Below, piece after piece: positions 19,772-29,376 of a stretch of DNA of 64,000 nt. A program made the translations under genes and the position numbers. Position 1 is the stretch's first letter. The number at the start of each line of letters is the position of its first letter. Origin of the DNA: Chamaesiphon sp. (GTDB taxonomy: Bacteria; Cyanobacteriota; Cyanobacteriia; Cyanobacteriales; Chamaesiphonaceae); the NCBI GenBank assembly GCA_965246715.1, contig CBDFFH010000049.1, forward strand, positions 1-64,000, written 5' to 3'. The notes beneath the pieces are model-generated. The model saw only the letters and a program-made list of their open reading frames with translations. It did no database searches and was not told the origin of the DNA.

Positions 19772-21124
19772 ATGAATCAAACTCATCGAAAACAATACTG
19801 TTTGCCGATCGCTTATGCGGTAATTAGCTTAGCAATCCTCATCAATGGCTGTAGTAACAATAACCCTCTGCTCGAGCGAACCAGTCTCGGCGAACGCTTA
19901 CTCATTAAAACTAACGACTCGCAGCAAAAAAGCGACGGCATTAAAAATTTTGCGAAGGGTGACTATCGCCAAGCAATCGCTGACTTTCAAACATCTTTAA
20001 AAAACGATCCTAACGATCCCGAAAGTAGAATTTATCTGAATAATAGCTTGGCAATTATTAAGGTGGGAGATCGGCAGAAACTCCAGAAAATTGCGGTAGT
20101 CGTACCGATCGGGACTAATCTCAATGTCGCACAAGAAATTTTGCGGGGTGTCGCTCAGGTACAAACAGAAGCTGCGACGAGTAAGACTCCAATTGCGATC
20201 GAAATCTACAACGATGATAACAAGTCCGAATTTGCCAAACAAATTGCCACCAAAACGACTCGAGATCCGCAGATAGTAGCAGTAATTGGCAGTAATGCCT
20301 CCGATCCTTCAGTGGCGGCTGCGCCGATTTACCAACAAGCTGGACTGGTGATGGTGTCACCCACCAGCATGACTAAAGAGCTGTCTGGCATCGGCAGCTA
20401 TATTTTTCGAACTGTTCCTCCCAGTCAAGTATTAGCTACTACTCTCGCCAACCAAATCGTGCGCATCGATCGCAAACATAAATTAGCAATTTGTTTCGAT
20501 AGTAGTGCCGGTGATAATGCCTCATTTCGCGACGATCTGCTCGCGGAAGTTGCCCGTGTGGGTGGCGAAATTGCTAGTGTCTCCTGTGATGTTTCTGCTG
20601 CCGATTTTAATGCGACTAGTATCATCAATAAAGTAGCCGATAGCGGTGCCGATGCGCTATTTATTTCATCACATATCGATCGATTGCCACAAGCTTTTCA
20701 ACTTGCCGAGGAAAATCGCGGTCGCTTGGCACTGTTTTCGAGTCCGACCTTAAATACTTTTCAAACGCTCCAGCAGGGTTATGCGATCGCGGGATTGACA
20801 CTCGTAACGCCCTGGCAGCCAAATCCCAATGCCGAAGCGGGATCCTTTGTCGATCGCGCGCGCCGGCTGTGGGGCGGGCAGGTAAGCTGGCGCACAGCGA
20901 TGTCTTTCGATGCCGGGATGGCGATTTTCACTGGATTGCAGCAAAGCGATGGTACGCGACAAGGATTACAACAGGCACTGGGGCGAGTGGGGTTTAGTGC
21001 GCTTGGCGCTAGCAGTCCAGTGACATTCTTGCCAACAGGCGATCGCGCCTTACAACCGACAATCGTGCGGGTGCAGCAACGCAATGGTAAGTGGGTATTT
21101 GCAATGCCGCAGTTGCCTCAATAA
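19772..21124 (+). CDS. LivJ-type ABC substrate-binding lipoprotein with N-terminal TPR-like helix (no permease nearby)
   Basis: Lipobox LINGC; NDPESRIYLNN; IAVVVPIG.N..VAQEILRGV; SWRTAMSFDA; homologous to the C-terminal half of 16785-19508. Confidence 0.85.
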   Translation: MNQTHRKQYCLPIAYAVISLAILINGCSNNNPLLERTSLGERLLIKTNDSQQKSDGIKNFAKGDYRQAIADFQTSLKNDPNDPESRIYLNNSLAIIKVGDRQKLQKIAVVVPIGTNLNVAQEILRGVAQVQTEAATSKTPIAIEIYNDDNKSEFAKQIATKTTRDPQIVAVIGSNASDPSVAAAPIYQQAGLVMVSPTSMTKELSGIGSYIFRTVPPSQVLATTLANQIVRIDRKHKLAICFDSSAGDNASFRDDLLAEVARVGGEIASVSCDVSAADFNATSIINKVADSGADALFISSHIDRLPQAFQLAEENRGRLALFSSPTLNTFQTLQQGYAIAGLTLVTPWQPNPNAEAGSFVDRARRLWGGQVSWRTAMSFDAGMAIFTGLQQSDGTRQGLQQALGRVGFSALGASSPVTFLPTGDRALQPTIVRVQQRNGKWVFAMPQLPQ

Positions 21125-21159
21125 TTCGCACCGATAAATTAATTTAAGCGATCGATAAT

Positions 21160-22353
21160 ATGTGGAGATTCTTAGCCAAAGCGGGTAAGTCAAATCTGTT
21201 TGTTTATCTGTTGGCAATTGTTATCGGCTGGCTGGCTCCAAGTATCGCAACAGCCGAAACAGCCGCTACGACGATCGATGGCGAAGCGATCTTGGGCACT
21301 ACTAGTTATGGCGGAGTCATACCTACAGCTACTCGTGGGGGGAGTAATACCCACACTAACTATCGAGTGCGGCTAAATATCAAGACAACTTTTAGCGGCA
21401 AAGATCGCCTCAAACTTCAGGTTCAGTCTACCGATAGTACGCCCTTAAATACTAGTGTAACTGGGACGAATATGACGCGTTCGAGTTACGATGCGCCCAG
21501 AGGTCAGCAGACAATTTTATCGATTCTGCAATATACCTTACCGATCGATCCGCAGACCAAATTAACCGTGGAAGTAATGGGTTGCGCCTTTAGTGATAAT
21601 CTCAATAATTTCAATCCTCTCCTAGCCAGTGCGGGGAGCGGCGCGACTTCTCGGTTCGGTCGATACAATCCGATCTATCGCCTGAGTAGCGATGGCATGG
21701 GGATAACACTCGATCGTCAACTTACGCCAAACTTAAATTTTACCCTCGGCTACAGCGTTCCTAGTCCGCTCTCCGCGAATCCAGCAACTGGTAATGGACT
21801 GTTTAATGGTACTAATGCCTTTATCGGGCAACTCAGCTATCACGCCAATTCAAAGTTGGATTTAGGATTAACCTATGCCCGTGCGTACAACAGCAATGGC
21901 AGCGGTATCATGGGCAATACTGGCAGTACAGGCGCGAATAATCCCTTTAATGGCGATCGCACATCTGCCCATCATTACTCGCTCTCGGCAAATTATCAAC
22001 TCAGTTCCCAGATCGCTATCTCAGGTTGGGTCGGCGCGACCGATGCGCGCCGCGAGGCTGTTGGCGGGGGCAGCGCGCAGATCGGTAATTTTGCTGTGAC
22101 ATTAGTAATTACTGATGTCGGTGGTGTCGGTAATACCCTCGGATTTGTAGTAGGCATCCCACCCAAACTAATCGATCGCAGTAACGGCAGCTCGGATCTG
22201 GCTACGTCACTGCATCTCGAAGCTTTGTACAAACTAAAAATTGACAACAATTTAGAGATTACTCCAAGTATTTTACTGATTACCAATCCCGAACATAACA
22301 GCAGCAATCCGCCAATTTATGTTGGCAGCATCCGTACTACTTTTAGATTTTAG
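21160..22353 (+). CDS. Cyanobacterial OprB/iron-uptake-type porin lacking the SLH domain
   Basis: RVRLN..T.F.GKDRL, SRFGRYNPIYR, HLEALYK...ITP, C-terminal RTTFRF. Confidence 0.88.
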   Translation: MWRFLAKAGKSNLFVYLLAIVIGWLAPSIATAETAATTIDGEAILGTTSYGGVIPTATRGGSNTHTNYRVRLNIKTTFSGKDRLKLQVQSTDSTPLNTSVTGTNMTRSSYDAPRGQQTILSILQYTLPIDPQTKLTVEVMGCAFSDNLNNFNPLLASAGSGATSRFGRYNPIYRLSSDGMGITLDRQLTPNLNFTLGYSVPSPLSANPATGNGLFNGTNAFIGQLSYHANSKLDLGLTYARAYNSNGSGIMGNTGSTGANNPFNGDRTSAHHYSLSANYQLSSQIAISGWVGATDARREAVGGGSAQIGNFAVTLVITDVGGVGNTLGFVVGIPPKLIDRSNGSSDLATSLHLEALYKLKIDNNLEITPSILLITNPEHNSSNPPIYVGSIRTTFRF

Positions 22354-22676
22354 TTGTCTGACGAGCGCTGTTGCTCGATCGTTTCACTCCAAACATTTAA
22401 CATTATTTTCAGAACTACAACTAACGTACAACACTAATTAATCTTTCGTTAATCTATAGATAATTAACTCATAATCTATCGCTTAACTTTGCTTAATCTA
22501 AATACCGTAGACTATCCATAGCTCAAATCTTGTAAATATCCAAGATGAGCTGGTACTATCTCAACAAAGCTATCTCAGTTTCGATCGACATGAGTTGAAT
22601 TTGGCCTAAAACTTTATCGAAAGCTAGGGTTATTCAAGTAATGAGATCGACTTGGTAACTTCTGTAAAAAAATTAG

Positions 22677-22685
22677 GCGTGAGGA
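22677..22685 (+). promoter_or_regulatory. Imperfect Yfr1 sRNA target site / RBS region of porin A
   Basis: GCGTGAGGA versus GTGTGAGGAGT, the complement of the Yfr1 motif ACUCCUCACAC. Confidence 0.45.
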
Positions 22686-22699
22686 ATTAGGTGTAATTA

Positions 22700-24487
22700 A
22701 TGTATAAATTTGTATTTAAGCTTCTTAAGGTTTCATCTGTTGTATTTGCTGCTGCTTTTCTAATCGGTGGCAAGACTGCTGTCAAGGCAGAGACTAAACC
22801 TGAATCGGCACTTCCCGAAGCCCAACCAGGTGTTGAAGTTCAGCGCACTGACTGGTCATACAAGACATTACAACAGCTAGCCAGTAAATATGAGTGCTTG
22901 CCGCAGGACAACATCCTGTTTACTACCAAGCGCGACTACGTAAATCGTCAAGTATTTACAACCAATCTCAGCACCTGCCTCCAGTCGATGGAAGAGCTAA
23001 TTGCGAGAAGACGACGCAGACCAGCAATCAAAAAAAGACGTGTAGTCGCACCCGAGCCAGTAGAAGCAACTCCAGTAGCTCCCGAGGTCGTGACACCCCC
23101 CGCACCAGTTCAACCCGTCGAACCAGTAGCGCCACCCGCGCCAACAGTCATCATCGAACCTGTCGAGCCAGAAGTTTCGCTCCAAGATCTCGACAGCATC
23201 AAGGCCTTAATTTCCACCTTCGATAGCGACCTTGCCGCACTCGAAAAGCGGATTACCAGTAAGAGTTTCTCCACTACTACCAAGTTAGTTGGCGAAGGCA
23301 TTATCAATTTCGGTGGTTATGGTGGCGTTCCTTCAACTGCGGCTCGCCTCGGCAGCAATAATTTCTTCACTAATCGGCTGCGACTCAATTTCGATACTAG
23401 CTTCACTGGTAAGGATCGGTTGAGAAGTCGTCTCCAAGCTCGGGACACGACTAACCTCACCACCGCTACGGGGACTAGCATGACCCGCTTGGGCTTCGAT
23501 GGCAATGATGGTACTGACAACAACAGCGTACTTTCGCTGTTCCAGTATGATTTCCCGCTCGGTGACTCGACCAAAATCCGCGTCGCACCTACTGGTTATG
23601 AATTCAACGATAACCAACCCACATTGAATCCACAATTGAGCAGTTCCGCAAATGGGTCGCTTACACGCTTTGGTCGCTTCAATCCAATCTTCCGGCTCAG
23701 TGGTGATGGGGCGGCTGTTACCGTAGCCCAAAAACTCGGCGATGAGTTGAGTATCGATGTGGGTTATGCAGTTCCTGGCGCTAGTGTGAGTGCTTCTAAC
23801 GCTTCTACCGTCACCCCAAGCAATGGTTTCTTTCAAGGTCAAAGCGCGATTTTATCGCAGTTGACTTACTCTCCTAGCAAAGAGTTCAGCATCGCTGCAT
23901 TATACGGCTTTAGCTACAACAATTCTGGCGGTCTATTTGGCGCAACTGGGAGTGGTGCCGCCAATAACCCCTTCAGTACTACTGCGATTAACAGTAACAT
24001 TGTTAGTGCTACTACTAATCCCAGCGGTACGCCAAATGCCAATGGCACATTAGCAGCTACTACCAACCAAAATACGACCGCCAATCATTATTCGATCCTC
24101 GCTACTTATAAAATTAGCGATAATGCTGTCATTTCTGGTTGGGCTGGCTTCGTCCAAGCTAATCAAACAAATGGTGGTGGTAGTGCCAGCATGAGTGACT
24201 ATGCAATCACCCTCGCTTTCCCTGACTTTGGTGCAGAGGGTAATGTCCTCGGATTTGTATTTGGGATTCCCCCAAAACTTACTTCGCGGAGCGTTTCCAT
24301 TGGTGGTGTGACCAATACTTCAACTGGTAACCCCGATACTTCTTATCACCTCGAAGCCCTCTACAAAGTTAAGTTGAACGACAACATCGACGTAACTCCT
24401 GGCTTGCTGTTGATTACCAGTCCCGAACACAACAGTGCTAACCCCACTGAATATGTTGGTACCGTCCGCACTACTTTCAGATTCTAA
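22700..24487 (+). CDS. SLH-domain porin (Som/OprB-type), copy A
   Basis: V..TDW.Y..LQ.L..KY.C SLH-like segment, FSTTTKLVGE, RLRLNFDTSFTGKDRL, RTTFRF. Confidence 0.92.
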   Translation: MYKFVFKLLKVSSVVFAAAFLIGGKTAVKAETKPESALPEAQPGVEVQRTDWSYKTLQQLASKYECLPQDNILFTTKRDYVNRQVFTTNLSTCLQSMEELIARRRRRPAIKKRRVVAPEPVEATPVAPEVVTPPAPVQPVEPVAPPAPTVIIEPVEPEVSLQDLDSIKALISTFDSDLAALEKRITSKSFSTTTKLVGEGIINFGGYGGVPSTAARLGSNNFFTNRLRLNFDTSFTGKDRLRSRLQARDTTNLTTATGTSMTRLGFDGNDGTDNNSVLSLFQYDFPLGDSTKIRVAPTGYEFNDNQPTLNPQLSSSANGSLTRFGRFNPIFRLSGDGAAVTVAQKLGDELSIDVGYAVPGASVSASNASTVTPSNGFFQGQSAILSQLTYSPSKEFSIAALYGFSYNNSGGLFGATGSGAANNPFSTTAINSNIVSATTNPSGTPNANGTLAATTNQNTTANHYSILATYKISDNAVISGWAGFVQANQTNGGGSASMSDYAITLAFPDFGAEGNVLGFVFGIPPKLTSRSVSIGGVTNTSTGNPDTSYHLEALYKVKLNDNIDVTPGLLLITSPEHNSANPTEYVGTVRTTFRF

Positions 24488-24547
24488 TTTGAATCGATTT
24501 TGCTGTTAGTCCCTCTACGGAGTGAAATTATCCTGTTTTAACTAATT

Positions 24548-24572
24548 AATACCCTCTTCGGAGGGTGTTTTT
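24548..24572 (+). terminator. Intrinsic terminator after porin A
   Basis: AATACCCTC-TTCG-GAGGGTGTT followed by T run. Confidence 0.75.
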
Positions 24573-24844
24573 AGAATGAGGTAGCTAGAAATAATTAAAT
24601 ATAAAATAGGTTATGGGATATGTAGTAGCTACTAGCCATTCTTCTGATTGATGTTAGATCCTTAGTTCTGTTAAACCTTGATAAGGCTATGAATATGGCA
24701 TTAGCTTTAGAGAAATTTAGTATCGATAACTACAATATTCTAATACTATATTTCGCTAAACTTGTAGCAGTAAATACGATTTTATTTCCACACACTTTAA
24801 AATTATTAAGAATAAAATCGACTAAATAACTTCTCGAAAAATAG

Positions 24845-24852
24845 GTGTGAGG
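24845..24852 (+). promoter_or_regulatory. Yfr1 sRNA target site upstream of porin B
   Basis: GTGTGAGG 14 nt before the ATG, complementary to the Yfr1 seed. Confidence 0.55.
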
Positions 24853-24866
24853 TAATTAGACCAACG

Positions 24867-26657
24867 ATGTATAGAATTTTATTTAAGCTGGGCAGTAAAG
24901 TAGCTTCAGTCATATTATTGACTGCTATTTTGGTAACTGGCAACACTGCTGTCAAGGCAGAAACTAAACCCGAATCAGCGCTCCCCGAAGCCCAGCCAGG
25001 TGTAGAAGTTCAGCGCACTGACTGGTCATACAAGACATTACAACAGCTAGCCAGTAAATATGAGTGCTTGCCGCAGGACAACATCCTGTTTACTACCAAG
25101 CGCGACTATCTAAATCGCCAAGTATTTACAACCAGTCTCAGCACCTGCCTCCAATCGATGGAAGAGCTAATTGCGAGAAGACGACGCAGACCAGCAATCA
25201 AAAAAAGACGTGTAGTCGCACCCGAGCCAGTAGAAGCAACTCCAGTCGCACCTGTCGAACCAGTAGCTCCAGCGCCAGTCGCACCCGTTGAGCCAGTAGC
25301 TCCACCCGCGCCAACAGTCATCATCGAACCTGTCGAGCCAGAAGTTTCGCTCCAAGATCTCGACAGCATCAAGGCCTTAATTTCCACCTTCGATAGCGAC
25401 CTTGCCGCACTCGAAAAGCGGATTACCAGTAAGAGTTTCTCCACTACTACCAAGTTAGTTGGCGAAGGCATTATCAATTTCGGTGGTTATGGTGGCGTTC
25501 CTTCAACTGCGGCTCGCCTCGGCAGCAATAATTTCTTCACTAATCGGCTGCGACTCAATTTCGATACTAGCTTCACTGGTAAGGATCGGTTGAGAAGTCG
25601 TCTCCAAGCTCGGGACACGACTAACCTCACCACCGCTACGGGGACTAGCATGACCCGCTTGGGCTTCGATGGCAATGATGGTACTGACAACAACAGCGTA
25701 CTTTCGCTGTTCCAGTATGATTTCCCGCTCGGTGACTCGACCAAAATCCGCGTCGCACCTACTGGTTATGAATTCAACGATAACCAACCCACATTGAATC
25801 CACAATTGAGCAGTGGGGGGAATGGTTCGATTTCGCGATTCGGTCGTTACAACCCAATCTTCCGGCTCAGTGGTGATGGGGCGGCTGTTACCGTAGCCCA
25901 AAAACTCGGCGATGAGTTGAGTATCGATGTGGGTTATGCAGTTCCTGGCGCTAGTGTGAGTGCTTCTAACGCTTCTACCGTCACCCCAAGCAATGGTTTC
26001 TTTCAAGGTCAAAGCGCGATTTTATCGCAGTTGACTTACTCTCCTAGCAAAGAGTTCAGCATCGCCGCATTATACGGCTTTAGCTACAACAACGCTGGCG
26101 GTTTATTTGGCGCAACTGGGAGTGGTGCCGCCAATAACCCCTTCAGTACTACTGCGATTAACAGTAACATTGTTAGTGCTACTACTAATCCCAGCGGTAC
26201 GCCAAATGCCAATGGCACATTAGCAGCTACTACCAACCAAAATACGACCGCCAATCATTATTCGATCCTCGCTACTTATAAAATTAGCGATAATGCTGTC
26301 ATTTCTGGTTGGGCTGGCTTCGTCCAAGCTAATCAAACAAATGGTGGTGGTAGTGCCAGCATGAGTGACTATGCAATCACCCTCGCTTTCCCTGACTTTG
26401 GTGCAGAGGGTAATGTCCTCGGATTTGTATTTGGGATTCCCCCAAAACTTACTTCGCGGAGCGTTTCCATTGGTGGTGTGACCAATACTTCAACTGGTAA
26501 CCCCGATACTTCTTATCACCTCGAAGCCCTCTACAAAGTTAAGTTGAACGACAACATCGACGTAACTCCTGGCTTGCTGTTGATTACCAGTCCCGAACAC
26601 AACAGTGCTAACCCCACTGAATATGTTGGTACCGTCCGCACTACTTTCAGATTCTAG
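24867..26657 (+). CDS. SLH-domain porin (Som/OprB-type), copy B, near-identical to copy A
   Basis: Protein identical to copy A except the signal peptide, the Pro-rich linker and a few patches. Confidence 0.92.
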   Translation: MYRILFKLGSKVASVILLTAILVTGNTAVKAETKPESALPEAQPGVEVQRTDWSYKTLQQLASKYECLPQDNILFTTKRDYLNRQVFTTSLSTCLQSMEELIARRRRRPAIKKRRVVAPEPVEATPVAPVEPVAPAPVAPVEPVAPPAPTVIIEPVEPEVSLQDLDSIKALISTFDSDLAALEKRITSKSFSTTTKLVGEGIINFGGYGGVPSTAARLGSNNFFTNRLRLNFDTSFTGKDRLRSRLQARDTTNLTTATGTSMTRLGFDGNDGTDNNSVLSLFQYDFPLGDSTKIRVAPTGYEFNDNQPTLNPQLSSGGNGSISRFGRYNPIFRLSGDGAAVTVAQKLGDELSIDVGYAVPGASVSASNASTVTPSNGFFQGQSAILSQLTYSPSKEFSIAALYGFSYNNAGGLFGATGSGAANNPFSTTAINSNIVSATTNPSGTPNANGTLAATTNQNTTANHYSILATYKISDNAVISGWAGFVQANQTNGGGSASMSDYAITLAFPDFGAEGNVLGFVFGIPPKLTSRSVSIGGVTNTSTGNPDTSYHLEALYKVKLNDNIDVTPGLLLITSPEHNSANPTEYVGTVRTTFRF

Positions 26658-26714
26658 TTTGAATCGGAGCTGTTAGTCTCTCTAAAAAACAAAATTATCC
26701 TGTTTTAACTAATT

Positions 26715-26742
26715 AATGCTCTCTGCGGAGGGTATTTTTTTT
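26715..26742 (+). terminator. Intrinsic terminator after porin B
   Basis: AATGCTCTC-TGCG-GAGGGTATT followed by T run. Confidence 0.75.
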
Positions 26743-26848
26743 AGGCGTAAATACATGTGAAAATTATCGATCGAGTATCCTACTAGCCGCGATCGATCCA
26801 AATAAAAAACGAACATGAATTAAAGTCAGATCGGAATAAGGAAAATTG

Positions 26849-27029
26849 GGCATTGCTGAATTGAGGTACGATCTGACGATCGAGAGCAAGATTGATAAAA
26901 ATAATCAACATCGAGTCAGAGTCAATTAAATGCCCAGAATGTAAGTCAACTCCTGTAAATAAGAATGGGCATAAAGCAGTTAAGCAGAATCATATATGTG
27001 TTGATTGCGGTCGGCAATTCAGCAACGCC
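26849..27029 (+). mobile_element. Internally deleted IS1-family element retaining only the InsA zinc finger
   Basis: TIRs GGCATTGCTGAATTG / CAATTCAGCAACGCC (14/15); encodes KCPECKSTPVNKNGHKAVKQNHICVDCGRQF; no TSD seen. Confidence 0.75.
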
Positions 27030-27106
27030 TTTATCCCTTAATCCGGCAACACTTTTAATGTTAAAAGTTAGAGATCTTTTCTGTGGAAAGATCTCTAACC
27101 AAAAAA

Positions 27107-29338
27107 TTATGGCACTTGTAGCGTAATCCAACCTTGTTCGGGTAAATGACTGCGATAACGACCGCAATCAGAGAACAATAATGCCATCTGCAACCCATAA
27201 TCGGGTTCCAGATTTAGATCCGCCCACGGTACCGCTATCTCCAGACACTTATCCCAAGCAACTTCCGCCTTACTCGGTCGTGATTCCCAGCGATCGTAAT
27301 CCATCGCCTCCTGCAACCAAGTATTTTTGGTGGTCAAATCGACGAGCAAGCGGTGATGAAAGCGATAATTCGTCGGCTCTTTGCGGGGTAATTCTGCTAA
27401 AGGAATCGGGCTATTATGCATGACTTCTTTAGGATAGAACCACACCAAATTTAGCTCGTTGGGAATCTCTAGCCCCGGTTTTACCCCAGTGGTAAAGTCC
27501 ATGCGGAGATAAAAATTCAGGTGATCCGCACCATAGAAAATCCGCTGAATCGGACTGCTGCTTTGATGCATCGTCCCACTCGCACCACCGATTTCCAAGC
27601 GTCCAGCTAGATTCCAATCCTGCTCGTCGCCACTACCATCGATCGTCGGGTGAATAAAGCTCTCTGGACGGTAACTAGTTTTGCGTTCGTGAGATTCGAC
27701 GGCTTGACTCAATTCCGGAGGTACGGGTTCGTTTAAAGCCTGATAGAGCGCGACTAAATGTTCGCGGAACAGTTGGTCGAACATCGCATCCTGGTTAGAT
27801 GAGTGTCCTTCGCCAAACCACCAGAACCAATCGGAACCTTCGGCGGCATATAAAGCTTCCCAGGCGGCGGGATTATTTGCTTCAGTGGCTTCGGCGTGAC
27901 TGGCTAAAACTGCGCGGGCGGTAGTGAGCAGATCCCAGGCTCGATTTTTGGCCGGATCGCCAATCCAGGTCGTCAGACTGCCATCGACCCAGGAACCCGT
28001 GTGGAGTGAGTGTGCGGGAAAACTTGCCGTCGTGGGGAAGGCATCGGTAAATTCGGAGACAGTGACGAGCTTGATACTCTCATCGTCACTTAAGGTTTGA
28101 TAGAGATGTTCGAGGAAGGGTTTACCGTCGAGGTGATAGTGTTCCCAGCAATTTTCGCCATCTAAGGCGATCGTGACTAACCACGGTTGTTCTAGGCTAG
28201 TCCCTTGATGTCCCTCTTTGGCAATCAGCGATCGAGAAATCGAGTGTAAATGTCCGACTAAATCCGCCGCCGCCGTCTCGGCTGGCATCCCGCTATAGGT
28301 AAAGCCGATCAGATCCGACAACCGTCGATCGCGAAATACCATCGATAGGTCGCCATCGGGCGTACTCACCTTGTAAGGGCGATACAATAGTTCTGGCTCC
28401 TGCACATTCCCATTCCCATCGCGATGGAAAAAATGCTTGAGGGTGTTACCTAAAATAGATTCATCGGTACACAGCCATTTAAACCCCTGCTGGGCGACAT
28501 AGGGCAACATTTCTGGACTGACAGCCTGTTCCGACGGCCACAGACCGCGTGGGATGCGACCGAAGCGATCTTTATACATATCCCATGCCTTACTCAGATG
28601 GCGGGGAATATCTTCCGCCCAGCTAAATCGCTGCTTGGGCAAGGTCATATTGGGAATCGCGACCCGTCCGACATTGGTATCGGCCAATAGGGGTAAAATC
28701 GGGTGGGTATAAGGCGTAGTCGTGACTTCCAACTGTCCCGTTTCCTGCATCTCGCGATGTTTGGGGACGATCCGGCGTAAAATTTCGCGTTGCTTGGAAT
28801 AAATCCGCTGCCGATCGCTCAAACTATAGTCATGGTCTTGTTTCAACCAATGAGCGATCTCTGGATCTTCCCAGAACAATGGATCGAACCAAGCTAAATT
28901 ATGCCACGCCAATAAATCGCCATAATCGCGATCGACCCAATGCTCGAAACACCAAGGCTCGCCACGTTCCAATCGTTGATAATATAACTCTCGATAACGG
29001 GGATGCGGATCGATCAGCGTGTGATGATTGGCATCAAAAAAGTGCCGAATGATAAATTGTTTCTGTGCAGCTTGCAATTGTTCGAGCGGCATCAATGCCA
29101 GCTCTAGATATGGGTCGAAAGCCGTGCCCGCAATATAGTCCTCCAACTGTAAAATCAGCGATGGGACTAGATTTACCGTCTGATGCAATTTGGGATATTT
29201 TTCTAGCAGTAAGATCAGATCCAAATAATCTTTAGTCCCGTGCAAACGAACCCACGGCAGTCGGTACTTACCATCGCGGTATTTGTACAGGGGCTGGTGT
29301 TGGTGCCAAATAAAGGCGACGTGGAGAGGATGCGGCAT
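27107..29338 (-). CDS. Glycoside hydrolase family 57 (amylopullulanase/branching-enzyme-like)
   Basis: WHQHQP, LPWVRLHG, HPILPLL, GLWPSEQ, LDGENCWE, AEGSDWFWW. Confidence 0.93.
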   Translation of the reverse strand: MPHPLHVAFIWHQHQPLYKYRDGKYRLPWVRLHGTKDYLDLILLLEKYPKLHQTVNLVPSLILQLEDYIAGTAFDPYLELALMPLEQLQAAQKQFIIRHFFDANHHTLIDPHPRYRELYYQRLERGEPWCFEHWVDRDYGDLLAWHNLAWFDPLFWEDPEIAHWLKQDHDYSLSDRQRIYSKQREILRRIVPKHREMQETGQLEVTTTPYTHPILPLLADTNVGRVAIPNMTLPKQRFSWAEDIPRHLSKAWDMYKDRFGRIPRGLWPSEQAVSPEMLPYVAQQGFKWLCTDESILGNTLKHFFHRDGNGNVQEPELLYRPYKVSTPDGDLSMVFRDRRLSDLIGFTYSGMPAETAAADLVGHLHSISRSLIAKEGHQGTSLEQPWLVTIALDGENCWEHYHLDGKPFLEHLYQTLSDDESIKLVTVSEFTDAFPTTASFPAHSLHTGSWVDGSLTTWIGDPAKNRAWDLLTTARAVLASHAEATEANNPAAWEALYAAEGSDWFWWFGEGHSSNQDAMFDQLFREHLVALYQALNEPVPPELSQAVESHERKTSYRPESFIHPTIDGSGDEQDWNLAGRLEIGGASGTMHQSSSPIQRIFYGADHLNFYLRMDFTTGVKPGLEIPNELNLVWFYPKEVMHNSPIPLAELPRKEPTNYRFHHRLLVDLTTKNTWLQEAMDYDRWESRPSKAEVAWDKCLEIAVPWADLNLEPDYGLQMALLFSDCGRYRSHLPEQGWITLQVP

Positions 29339-29340
29339 AA

Positions 29341-29376
29341 ATGAATTATGAGTTAGGAATTATGAGTTATGAATTC
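29341..29376. repeat. Short tandem heptamer repeat (STRR-like)
   Basis: ATGAATT/ATGAGTT units just upstream of the GH57 start. Confidence 0.55.

Noticed and set aside
16785..21124. Branched-chain amino acid ABC transporter operon
   Set aside because: No permease or ATPase genes; one binding domain is fused to a protease, which fits sensing better
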